Shown here piece after piece: positions 1 to 15,734 of a stretch of 64,000 nucleotides of DNA; the first letter of the stretch is position 1, and each line of letters starts with the position of its first letter. Below the pieces are notes generated by a model that saw only the letters and a program-made list of their open reading frames with translations, ran no database searches and was not told the origin of the DNA. Position numbers and translations under genes: made by a program. This DNA comes from the human T2T-CHM13v2.0 reference genome, Homo sapiens: assembly GCF_009914755.1 (NCBI RefSeq), contig NC_060928.1; one strand, given 5' to 3'.

Positions 1-181
1 GCACTCTTTTGAGAGTCTGAGAGAGAAAGATACCATAATTCAAAAATTAAAATTTTATCCCTTTTCCTGCTACTCAGTGGGGAGAGAATGTGTGACCAGT
101 TATGGTAAACAAAAAGCTAAACTTTTATCATGCATCTGACAGTGGCGAGAATAAATTTTTAATGCCACCAAAGTAATATTC

Positions 182-571
182 TGTCTTAATGCATTTGTGT
201 TGCTGTAAAAGAAAACCTGAGGCTGGGTGATTTATAAAGCAAAAAGGTTTATTTGGTTCACGACTCTGCTGGCTGTAAGATTGGGCATCTGGTGAAAACC
301 TCAGGCTGCTACCATTCATGGCAGAAGGTGAAGGGGAGAGATCACATGGTGAGAGAGAAAGCAAGGGGTGGGGAGGTGCCAAGCTGTTTTAAACAACCGA
401 CTCTTGGGAACTAACAGAGGAAGAACTTACTCATTACTTCAAGAATGGCATCAAGGCATTCATAAGTGATCTACCCTCCTGACCCAAAACATCTCTCATC
501 AGGCCTCACCTCCAACACAGGAGACCACATTTCAACAAAAGTTTTGGGGGAGAAAACATCGAACTGTAGCA
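182..571 (-). mobile_element. MaLR solo LTR, MSTB-like
   Basis: TG...CA termini. Body resembles MST consensus (gctgggtgatttataaag, catggcagaaggtgaagggg). Flanks TATTC/TATAC fit a 5-bp TSD with one mismatch. Confidence 0.8.
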
Positions 572-729
572 TATACATACTCGGCAATTATTCCAAATAA
601 TACAAAATGATTTACCAAATAGGTAAGCCATTCTCTAATCCAGACCTCTGGGAGTTCATTCTAACTTCCCAGAAATTCTTATTCTTCCAAAATTGTTTAT
701 GTTCAAGTATATTTATGTGTGAGAGAGAC

Positions 730-1450
<721 letters not shown>

Positions 1451-1539
1451 ACCATAAATAATATTATACATAAATATATTTTTAAAAACCGAAAACGAAC
1501 AGAAGCATTCTATAGTACTATCTTCTATCTTATTTTCTC

Positions 1540-1835
1540 TTTTTTTTCCCTTTAAAAAAATGGTCTCACTCTGTTGCCCAGGCTGGAGTGCAGTGGTGTG
1601 ATCATAGCTCACTGCAGCCTCAACTCCTGGGCTCAGGCAATCCTCCTGCCTGAGTCTCCTGAGTAGCTGGGGCTACAGGTGCATGCTGCCATGCCCGACT
1701 AACTTTCTAATTTTTTTGTAGATATAGGGTCTGGCTATGTTGCCAGGACTGGTTTTGAACTCCTGGCCTCAAGCAATCTTCCTGCCTCAACCTCCTAAAC
1801 TTGTTGGATTACAGATATGAGCCACCGTGCCCAGC
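1540..1835 (-). mobile_element. AluJ
   Basis: Reverse Alu with J-type diagnostics (gatcatagctcactgcagcctcaactcctgggctca). Confidence 0.93.
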
Positions 1836-2879
1836 TTGTTTTTGTTTGTCTGTTTTTTTTTTTTTTTTTTTACCATTAATTTCAATTACTAAGTAGATAG
1901 TTTTTAAAAATCAATAATAAGCTTTAACATCTTTTTCTGGATTTCTTTTTTATACGTATTCTACCTGGTATCTCCAGAAAGTTCTACACATTCCATTTAT
2001 TCATTTAACAAATGTTCATTGGGAGCCTATTATGTTCTCTGCCTCAAGTACCAGCTCTGACAACACATGGGCAGACTGGGAACTAATGTCCCCAGAAGCA
2101 ATCTCTTCAACTAGTGAGAGATGGAGCTGGTGATAGTTCTTAAGTGTCTCCAGTGGTGTGAAGTCTCAGGTGCCCACAGTAGTGACCCACCTATCAGCAC
2201 ACTCTTAATTGGCTTTCTTCTCTTCCTTGCCTCATCTTCTTATTTCCTTACTCTGCTTTCAGGGATTGCCTTCCAAATAGACTCTTTCTACCCAATTCTG
2301 GTTTTAGAGTTGGTTTTGGAAGAAACCAAACCAAGACAATGGTCAAGCAAGTTTATTTCTCCATGAGAGCCTTTTGAATAGAAACCTGAATCTTGTGAGG
2401 GAGTAAGCCTCAGGAATATTTGAAGGAGGAGAAACTAACAAATCCAAAGGGCTTGAGGTGGGAACATACTTGGCAATTTTAAAGAATAGCAAGAAGGCCA
2501 TGTGGCTGGAGTGGGGCATGTGAAGGCAGAGAGTTAGGAGATGCCTTCAGAGAGTTAGGCTGGGGCTGATCCTTGTGGGCGATGATAGAGATTTAGGATT
2601 TTATTCTCAGTGTCATGTGAAAACATTGGATGGTTGAGGTGGGCATTAATGTAATATGATTTAAGTTTTAAAATATTCTGGAAATTAAGTGTAGCATATT
2701 GAGCATACATATTTATCTTTTGTGCAATAAACATATAAAGACAAAGAGAACTAGAAAGGAAGTCACAACGCGGAAGAAGTATTCAACAACATTTTGAAAT
2801 CTAGAAATATAGAAAAGACCTAACAGATTTAACAGACTAGAGAAAGTTGAAACCTAAGAGAAGTGGGGGAGAGAGAGGC

Positions 2880-3351
2880 TGTTATAGGTTGAATTGTGTC
2901 CCCTAAAAGATGATGTGTTGTGGTCCTAACCTCTGCTACCTCAGAACATGACCTTATTTAGAACAAGAGTCTTTGCAGATTTAGTCATGTTAACATGAAG
3001 TCATTAGGTGGGCCTTAATCCAATATAACTGATGTCTTCATAAAGGAAGAAATTTGGGTACAGAGACAGACAAGCACCAAGAGAAGATGATGTGAAGAAG
3101 CACAGCGAGAACACCATGTGAAAATGGAGGACTGGAATGAAGCATCTACAAGCCAGGAAATGTCTGAGGCTACCAGAAGCCAGGAGAGAGGCCTGGAACA
3201 GATCCTGCACTAGAACCTTCAAAGAGAGCATGGTCCTGCTGACATGTTGATTTTGGACTTCTGGCCTCCAGAGCTGTGAGAATAAATTTCAGTTGTTTTA
3301 AGCCATCCAGTTTTTGGTACCTTATTATGGCAGCCCTAGCAAACTAATATA
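2880..3351 (+). mobile_element. MaLR solo LTR, MLT1B/C-like
   Basis: Starts TGTTATAGGTTGAATTGTGTCCCC and ends GGCAGCCCTAGCAAACTAATATA. Contains the typical ttggacttctggcctccagagctgtgagaataaatttc block. Confidence 0.88.
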
Positions 3352-3899
3352 GACTCCGATAAGAATTCAACTGATATATGCCATGAAATTTAGTATATCA
3401 TCAGGACTGGGAGAAACTGGTAACTTTATAGGTGAATATGAAAGATGATAGGGATAACTGAAGGATTAAGTGATAATAAAAGAGCAGTTAGCTCTTCAGA
3501 TCTTCCTTCAATTCTGTGCCTCTAGGTGACAACCCTTCCCTTACTACAGCAGGAAACAAGATTTATTCAATAAAGTTGTTGAACCAGAAACATCTCTGGA
3601 CTCAGGAGGAAGAAAAACGAGTCGTCATATTGAAAATAGGGAAGATAAATAAAGTCAGTATTTTAAATAGTGAGATGTCAGTTCCCTTTTCTCCGCTGAT
3701 CTCCAGAACATTGGCTACCAGACTTAAATCTAAGCAGCCAATTAGGGAAACTTACTTTTTGAGGAAACCAGTGAAACTCTGTAAAAACAATAAAATATCT
3801 GAATTCTACTCATCCTGCAGCAAAGCCCACAGTCAATAAGTTTCACACAGCTTACAAAGTTTTCAAATAACATTTACTGTCTTCTTTTTAAGTATGTAT

Positions 3900-4485
3900 G
3901 CAAAATCAAGGATCACTAGACATTAGAGAGGAGTCTTTTACGCTGGAGATGGAGAACAAAACAACATAGAAACAAAATTCAAAAGAAACAGAAAAGGCTA
4001 GTAGCAAAAGAAAACAAAACAAAAACAAAAATTTACAGTTAATCTTAAATATCACAGAATCTATGAATCAAAAACAGGACGCTTTAGAAACATGAATGGT
4101 TACCTAAGAAATAAAAAGTAAAACAAAAATATGACAGAAGAAAAAATTTGACAGAATTTGAGTTGGAAGATAAGGAAATTGCCCAGGAAGTAGAACAAAA
4201 ATACAAAGACATAGAAAATAGGAGGGTAATGGGAGGAAAATTTTAAGAAAACTAGAGAATTTGTACAAGAGCTGTAATATCCAGAATATAGGATTTGCAG
4301 AAAGATAAAAAGAAAAGGAGGAAATTATCAATGAAGGAGTTCAAGAAAGTTTCTTAGTGTGGAAGGACATTAATTACTCTTTGAAAAAGACCAATTTTGG
4401 ATTCAGTGCAATGATTGAAAAAGACCCATAGCAAGGTACTTGATGAAATTCTAGTATGCTGATGACAAAGATTCAAAAGCTTCCA
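3900..4485 (+). mobile_element. Ancient L1M ORF1-region fragment
   Basis: A-rich, degenerate similarity to L1 ORF1 (aatatccagaatataggatttgcagaaag; gaaattatcaatgaaggagttcaagaaagtttc). Confidence 0.45.
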
Positions 4486-4486
4486 G

Positions 4487-4664
4487 CAGGAGTAGCTACA
4501 TAATTTGTTCATCCCAGCACAAAATCAAAATATGGAGGCTCCTTGTTCAAAAGTGATTAAGAACTTGAAGCTGGAAACAGCAGAGCTCTAAACCAAGCAT
4601 GGGCCCGTTCAGGGTGCAGAGCCCTCTGCTGTTGCACAGGTCACACGATCATGAAGTGACCCAG
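4487..4664 (-). mobile_element. MER91A-like hAT DNA transposon fossil
   Basis: Matches the reverse complement of recalled MER91A (gctacataatttg...ccttgttcaaaa...taaaccaagc...gcacaggtcacac...catgaag). Confidence 0.7.
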
Positions 4665-4719
4665 ACCCCCAGGGAGAAAAAGTATCTAGAAATCAGGATA
4701 TCTCTCCCTTTCCCATCAC

Positions 4720-5092
4720 TCTAAGCTGTGATTCTTACTTTACTCAGGATATAGAAACAAACAGAAGAGGACTTCCCCATCTTTCCAACCCGCAAATTAC
4801 CAGCTCCCTGCCCTTATTTCTGCAATCTGCTTTCTCTCCTTAAATGATTGAACGTCCTGGTTTCTGTTTAAACTCTATTCTTCAGTTTGTGTGTGGGATC
4901 CCATATCCTCTAGCCTATTTAAGATTTTTCTCCTTCATTGAGCTCCTTCCTCCTGCATCGTCAATTTTTGCTTTGCTTTTTGGATTATTTCCATCAGAAT
5001 ATAGATATCACCACCATCTTTGAAAGTACTCACTTGGCCCAAGACCTCTTTCTCTGTTTCCCTTTATAGCAAAATTTATAAAAAGAGCTGCC

Positions 5093-5123
<31 letters not shown>

Positions 5124-6372
5124 TTCATTCATGTAGAGCAGGGGGTCTTGCTGTGTTACCCAGGCTGGTCTCAGATTCTTGGCCTCAAGCAATTCTCCTG
5201 CCTTAGCTTCCCTAATAGCTGGGACTGCAAGTGTGAACCACCACAAAAAAGAGCTGTCTCTACTCACCTCCACTTCCTCTTCTTTCCCATTCTCTCCTCA
5301 ATACTTCAGTCAGGCTGATACATGTATTACTCCACTGAAACTACTATTGTCAAAGCCAACAGTGACCCCCATCTAATCAAAACCAATGGTTAAATCTGAG
5401 GACTTATTTTCCTCAAACTTTCAGGAGAATTTGAGATTATAAATTATTCGTTTATCCTCAATTTTTTAAATAGGACACCGCATGCTCCTAGTTTTCCTCT
5501 GACTTCACTACTCTTCTGTTTCCCTTGCTGACTCCTCCCTTATACCAGAGCTTGGATTATTGGTGTTATCCAGAGCTGGGTCCTTAGTCATCTTTGTTCT
5601 CTCTACTTTCTCCATCTAATCAATTAATTTTATCTCATGGTATAATACCGATCAATACATTGCCGTTTCTTGTATTTAGGCCTTTAGCTCCAGATTCTCC
5701 CTTGAGTTTAAATCTATATGTTCAAATGCCTATTTGGAGTCTACTTGGATGTCTAATAGGTAACTCAGATATAACATATACAAAATAGAACCCAATTTTC
5801 TCCTAGAAATCTCCAGTCTTACCAGTCCAATCAAATGACTCCATCATTAATGCAGTTGCTTTGGCCAAAACACTAGTAGTTATCCTTGATTCCACTCTCC
5901 CTCATATGCCACATCAAATTAACCACCACCCATTAGATCATACTGGTTCTAATTCCCAAATATATCCTGATTGCTGATTTCCCACCACTCCTGTCATGAC
6001 CCTGGACTCTCCCAGTACCATTGCAATAGCTCCCTAACTCTCCCTTCTTCCTGCCTGTGTTGCCTCCTTACTATCCACTCTCCATATAATGACCAGAACA
6101 ATCTTCAGAAAGCCCTATAGTATAAGAAGTATGTTTATTATCCCCTTTTACAGATAAGACAACTGGAGCTGAAAATGGTTAGGAAATGTATCCAATATCA
6201 GACAGCTAGTAAATAGTAATATAAAATTTAAATCTAGATGCCTTCCTAGAGTGCCCTTTCCCCTCCTGTGTTTTGATATTCTTTAATCTTTGTGTCTGGA
6301 GTACCTATCTCTGCACACTGAGTAGCAACTGGCACACAATATACACTTAATAAATTGTTGAATTAATTAATA
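4720..6372 (+). mobile_element. L2 fragment with nested Alu monomer (about 5092-5243, -) and MIR (about 6130-6240)
   Basis: Pyrimidine-rich L2 body. L2 3' end ctggcacacaatatacacttaataaattgttgaattaattaa. Confidence 0.65.
5092..5243 (-). mobile_element. Alu monomer (FLAM-like) with (TTTA)n tail
   Basis: (TTTA)n followed by only a left-arm-like reverse Alu sequence. Confidence 0.75.
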
Positions 6373-6468
6373 GCACTTGGCCATAGGTGCTATTCAAAAA
6401 CCATATTCAATAAATGGTTTTTATTTGAGTGTCTTAGAATATAAGCTCTGTAGAAGGTAAGATTTTAG

Positions 6469-6815
<347 letters not shown>

Positions 6816-6842
6816 CCACACTGAACCTTGAATTTGCTATTA

Positions 6843-7351
6843 CGCTGGGAACAGGCCCCCAAATCTGGCCATAAACTGGCCCCAAAACTGGCCATAAAGA
6901 AAATCTCTGCAGCACTGTGACATGTTCATAATGGCCATGATGCCCACACTGAAGGTTGTGGGTTTACTGGAATGAGGGCAAGGAACATCTGGCCCACCCA
7001 GGGTGGAAAACTGCTTAAAGGTGTTCCTGAACCACAAACAATAGCATGAGCAATCTGCACCTTAAGGACATGTTCCCACTGCAGATAACTAGCCAGACCC
7101 ATCCCTTAATTTTGGCCCATCCCTTTGTTTCCTGTAAGAAATACTTTCAGTTAATCTACAATCTATAGAAACAATGCTTATCACTGATTTGCTGTCAGTA
7201 AATATGTGGGTAAATCTCTGTTCGAGGCTCTCAGCTCTGAAGGCTGTGAGGACCCCTGATTTCCCACTCCACGCCTCTATATTTCTGTGTGTGTCTTCAA
7301 TTCCTCTAGCGCTGCTGTGTTAGGGTCTCCACGACTGAGCTGGTCCCAGCA
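6843..7351 (+). repeat. 5' LTR (MER9)
   Basis: 509 bp, about 90% identical to 19461-19970. Begins CGCTGGGAACAGG (TGTTGGG in the 3' copy) and ends CAGCA. Confidence 0.93.
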
Positions 7352-7353
7352 AG

Positions 7354-7372
7354 AGGTGCCCAACATGGAGGC
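7354..7372 (+). promoter_or_regulatory. Primer-binding site, tRNA-Lys(CUU) type, degenerate
   Basis: AGGTGCCCAACATGGAGGC versus expected TGGCGCCCAACGTGGGGC, 2 nt after the LTR. Confidence 0.85.
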
Positions 7373-7500
7373 TCGAACCCAGGTCGAAGGGTCACCAGAG
7401 TGATGGTTGGAGAATGTGGAACTAAGCTGGAGTACACCCGAGTACTCTTAAGCAATCCCTGTGGTGAGTAAGAGGGGAGCTCGGAAGCATCAGGGTAACA

Positions 7501-8880
7501 ATGGGACTAGTGTGGGCTCTGGTTCGTTCCACCTTGGAACCTTTTCACACTGATGATGAAGAAGAAGGAAAGTATAAGGAAGTAACAGAAGAAGTAACAG
7601 AGCAGGTTTGTTTGCCAACTAAAGCTAAAGTGGCAAAGGAGGAAGAGGTTCATCCCTACTCTTCTGCACCCCCTCATTATTTTGAAGAAAAAGAGTGTCC
7701 TGACCCTCCAGATCTTTCTTTTCCGGAGGACACTGGGTGAAAGTTGTTGCCCTAGTGACTGTTCGAGCAGCACCTCGAGCGACCACTCTCAGCTCTGTTC
7801 AGGCAGGAATTCAGCAAGCTAGAAGAGAGGGTGATTTAGAGGCTTGGCAGTTCCCTGCTAGAATACACCCCACAGATCAACAGGGAAATGTTATAGCTAC
7901 ATTTGAGTCTTTTCCTTTTAAATTACTCAAAGAATTTAGACAAGCTATTAGTCAATATGGACCAGGTTCTCCTTCTGTAATGGGACTGTAAAGAATGTTG
8001 CTCTTTCCAGTCGATGATTCCTACCAACTGGGATGCTCTTACTTGAGCTTGTCTAAATCCTGCTCACTTCTTACAATTTAAAACTTGGTGGGCAGATGAA
8101 GCTTCCATTCAGGCTCCTCACAATGCCCAGGCCCAACCTCAAATTAATATGACTGCAGACCAACTTTTAGGGGTCGGCAGCTGGGCTGGTTTAGATGCAC
8201 AAGTGGTCATGCAGGACTATGCCATAGAACAGCTTAGAGGAGTGTGCATTAGAGCTTGGGAAAAAAGTCACTTCGGGTGAAGAACAATACCCTTCCTTTA
8301 GCATTGTAAAACAGGGACCAAGAGAACCATACACGGATTTTATAGCTTGGTTACAGGAGTCTCTTAAAAAGGTGATTGCAGATTCGGCTGCTCAGGATAT
8401 AGTGTTGTGGTTATTAGCTTTCGACAATGCTAATCCCGATTGCCAGGCTGCTCTGCGACCTATCAGAGGGAAAGCACATTTAGTTGATTATATCAAGGCC
8501 TGTGATGGTATTGGAGATAATCTGCATAAGGCTACTCTGCTAGCCCAGGTAATGGCAGGAGTGAGAGTGGGTAAAGGAATACTCCATTTCCTGGAGCTTG
8601 TTTTAACTGTGGGAAGCATGGTTATACTAAAAAAGAATGTAGAAACAATCAGCGAGTCAGGCCACCAGATAAGGGAAAAAAGAAAACTGCTGAGCCTGAA
8701 ATATGTCCAAAATGTAAAAAAGGAAAACATTGGGCTAGTCATTGTCACTCTAAGTTTGATAAAGATGGGAACCTGATTTCGGGAAACGACATGAGGGGCC
8801 CATCCTGGGCCCCATTCCAAACGGGGCATTTCCAGCTCAGGCCATTCCCTCATCCCTGTACAATATCTGTCCCCATCACA
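7501..8880 (+). pseudogene. gag: HML-3 gag remnant (stops and frameshifts)
   Basis: Capsid fragments (FPFKLLKEF, LAFDNANPDCQAALRPI). Zinc knuckles CFNCGKHGYTKKEC (8599-8640, His replaced by Tyr) and CPKCKKGKHWASHC (8704-8745). End approximate. Confidence 0.88.
8781..8813 (+). promoter_or_regulatory. gag-pro -1 ribosomal frameshift signal
   Basis: Slippery heptamer GGGAAAC 8781-8787, 7-nt spacer, 7-bp stem GGGGCCC/GGGCCCC with 5-nt loop (8795-8813). Confidence 0.75.
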
Positions 8881-9700
8881 GCCAGTAGTGCCACAGTAGA
8901 TTTATGCTGCACAAAAGCTGTGAGCCTTCTGCCTGGGGAACCCCCGCAAAAGGTCCCAACAGGAGTCTGTGGACCCTTGCCAGCGGGGACGATAGGATTC
9001 CTTCTAGGAAGGTCTAGTTTAAATTTAAAAGGGATACAAGTACAAACAGGAGTCATTGATTCAGATTACAATGGGGAAATTCAAATTGTTATATCCACTT
9101 CTGTTCCCTGGAAAGCAGAACCAGGAGAGCGTATAGCACAGCCCCTGATTATGCCATATGTGGAAATGGGGAAAAGTGAAATTAAATGAACAGGAGGATT
9201 TGGAAGCACAAATAAACAAGGCAAAGCAGCTTATTGGGTGAATCAAATTACTGATAAATGTCCTACCTGTGAAATAACTATTCAGGGAAAGAAATTTAAA
9301 GGTTTGGTAGATATAGGAGTAGACATTTCAATCATTTCTCTACAGCACTGGCTGTCCGCGTGGCCAATTCAACCTGCTCAATTTAACATAATTGGACTTG
9401 TAAAGCCCCTGAAGTATATCAAAGTAGTTATATTTTGCATTGTTAAGGGCCCAATGGACAACCTGGGACTATTCAACCAATTGTAACTTCTGTACCTATA
9501 GATATAAGGGGAAGAGATTTATTACAATGGGGAGCACAAGTTCTAATTCCAGAACAATTATATAGCCCTCAAAGTCAACATATGATTTATGAAATGGGAT
9601 ATGTCCCTGGTATGGGACTAGGAAAAATTTACAGAGTTTGAAGGAACCACTTCAAGAGGAAAGACGGAGTTCTCGCCAAGGTTTAGGATACCATTTTTGA
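8791..9700 (+). pseudogene. pro: HML-3 dUTPase-protease-G-patch remnant
   Basis: dUTPase motifs GRSSL, GVIDSDYNGEI, ERIAQ, then a stop at 9187 before TGGFGST. Protease active site degenerate (LVDIGVD). G-patch-like MGYVPGMGLGK near 9594. Confidence 0.88.
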
Positions 9701-9847
9701 TGGTGGCCATTGTTAAGCCTCCAGAACTTACACCTTTAGAATGGTTAACAGATAAGCCAATTTGGATAGAACAATGGCTGCTAAGTAAAGAGAAACTGGA
9801 GGCTTTAGAGGAATTACTTACTGAACAATTAAAAACCAGACACATAG
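9700..9847 (+). pseudogene. pol: HML-3 pol, 5' part (RT N-terminus)
   Basis: PLEWLTDKPIWIEQWLLSKEKLEALEELLTEQL, continuing after the L1 as [14 protein letters not shown]. Confidence 0.85.
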
Positions 9848-9876
9848 GCAGTTCCAAGATGGCCGAATAGGAACAG

Positions 9877-10296
9877 CTACAGGCTACAGCTCCCAGTGTG
9901 AGTGACACAGAAGACGTGTGATTTCTGCATTTCCAACTGAGCTACCAGGTTCATCTCACTGGGGCTCGTCCGACAGTGGGGGCAGGACAGTGGGTACAGC
10001 CCACCGAGTGTGAGCCAAAGCAGGGTGAGGCATCGCCTCACCCAGGAAGTGCAAGGGGTCAGGGAATTCCCTTTCCTAGCCAAGGAAAGGGGTGACAGAT
10101 GGCACCTGGAAAGTCGGGTCACTCCCACCCTAATACTGCGCTTTTCCAACAGTCTTAGCAAACGGCACACCAGGAGATTATATCCCGCACCTGGCTCGGA
10201 GGGTCCCATGCCCACGGAGCCTTGCTCATTGCAAGCACAGCAGTCTGAGATCAAACTGCAAGGTGGCAGCAAGTCTTGGGGAGGGGCACCCACCAT
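9877..10296 (-). CDS. L1 antisense ORF0 homologue, open for 139 codons (translation unproven)
   Basis: ATG at 10296-10294 in GCAATGG context. N-terminal half MVGAPPQDLLPPCSLISDCC...GPSEPGAGY...RVGVTRLSRC resembles primate L1 ORF0. Confidence 0.6.
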   Translation of the reverse strand: MVGAPPQDLLPPCSLISDCCACNEQGSVGMGPSEPGAGYNLLVCRLLRLLEKRSIRVGVTRLSRCHLSPLSLARKGNSLTPCTSWVRRCLTLLWLTLGGLYPLSCPHCRTSPSEMNLVAQLEMQKSHVFCVTHTGSCSL

Positions 10297-10871
10297 TGCT
10301 GAGGCTTGAGTAGGTAAACAAAGCAGTCAGGGAGCTCGAACTGGGTGGATACCATCGTAGCTCAAGGAGGCCTGCCTGCCTCTGTAGACTCCACCTCTGG
10401 GGGCAGGGCATAGCCAAACAAAAGGCAGCAGAAACTTCTGCAGACTTAAATGTCCCTGTCTGACAGCTTTGAAGAGAGTAGTGGTTCTCCCAGCACGGAG
10501 TTTGAGATCTGAGAACAGATAGAGTGCCTCCTCAAGTGGGTCCCTGATCCCTGAGTAGCCTAACTGGGAGGCACCCTCCAGTAGGGGCAGACTGGCACCT
10601 CACATGTCTGGGTACCCCTCTGAGACAAAGCTTCCAGAGGAAAAATCAGGCAGCAACATTTGCTGTTCAGCAATATTCGCTGTTCTGCAGCCTCCACTGC
10701 TGATACCCAGGCAAACAGGGTCTGGAGTGGACCTCCCGCAAACTCCAACAGACCTGCAGCTGAGGGTCCTGACTGTTAGAAGGAAAACTAACAAACAGAA
10801 AGGACATCCACCCCAAACCCCCATCTGTACGTCACCATCACCAAAGACCAAAAGTAGATAAAACCACAAAG

Positions 10872-11863
10872 ATGGGGAAAAAAAAAGAGAAGAAAAGCTG
10901 AAAATTCTAAAAATCAGAGCACCTCTCCCCCTCCAAAGGAACACAGCTCCTCACCAGCAATGGAACAAAGCTGGATGGAGAATGACTTTGATGAGTTGAG
11001 AGAAGAAGGCTTCAGACGATCAAACTTCTCTGAGCTAAAGGAGGAAGTTCAAACTCAATGCAAAGAAGCTGAAAACCTTGAAAAAAGATTAGACAAATGG
11101 CTAACTAGAATAACCTGATGGAGCTGAAAACCATTGCACGAGAACTACGAGATGAATGCACAAGCTTCAGTAGCCGATTCAACCAACTGGAAGAAGGGTA
11201 TCAGTGATTGAAGATCAAATGAATGAAATGAAGCAAGAAGAGAAGTTTAGAGAAAAAAGAGTAAAAACAAATGAACAAAGTCTCCAAGAAATATGGCACT
11301 ATGTGAAAAGACCAAATCTACGTCTGATTGGTGTACCCGAAAGTGGCAGGGAGAATGGAACCAAGTTGGAAAACACTCTGCAGGATATCATCCAGGAGAA
11401 CTTCCCCAATCTAGCAAGGCAGGCCAACATTCAGATTCAGGAAATACAGAGAACACCACAAAGATACTCCTCGAGAAGAGCAACTCCAAGACACATAATT
11501 GTCAGATTCACCAAAGTTGAAATGAAAGAAAAAATTTTAAGGGCAGCCAGAGAGAAAGATCAGGTTACACACAAAGGGAAGCCCATCAGACTAACAGCGG
11601 ATCTCTTGGCAGAAACTCTGCAAGCCAGAAGAGAGTGGGGGCCAACATTCAACATTCTTAAAGAAAAGAATTTTCAACCCAGAATTTCATATCCAGCCAA
11701 ACTAAGCTTCATAAGTGAAGGAGAGATAACATCCTTTAGAGACAAGCAAATGCTGAGAGATTTTGTCACCACCAGGCCTGCACTACAAGAACTCCTGAAG
11801 GAAGCACTAAACATGGAAAGGAACAACTGGTACCAGCCACTGCAAAAATATGACAAATTGTAA
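10872..11863 (+). pseudogene. L1 ORF1p, disrupted
   Basis: ATGGGGAAAAAA start. C-terminal 219 aa still open (RPNLRLIGVPE, YPAKLSF). Apparent 25-bp deletion near 11115. Confidence 0.92.
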
Positions 11864-11926
11864 AGAACATTGATGCTAGGAAGAAACAGTATCAACTAAT
11901 GAGCAAAATAACCAGCTAACATCATA

Positions 11927-15734
<3,808 letters not shown>

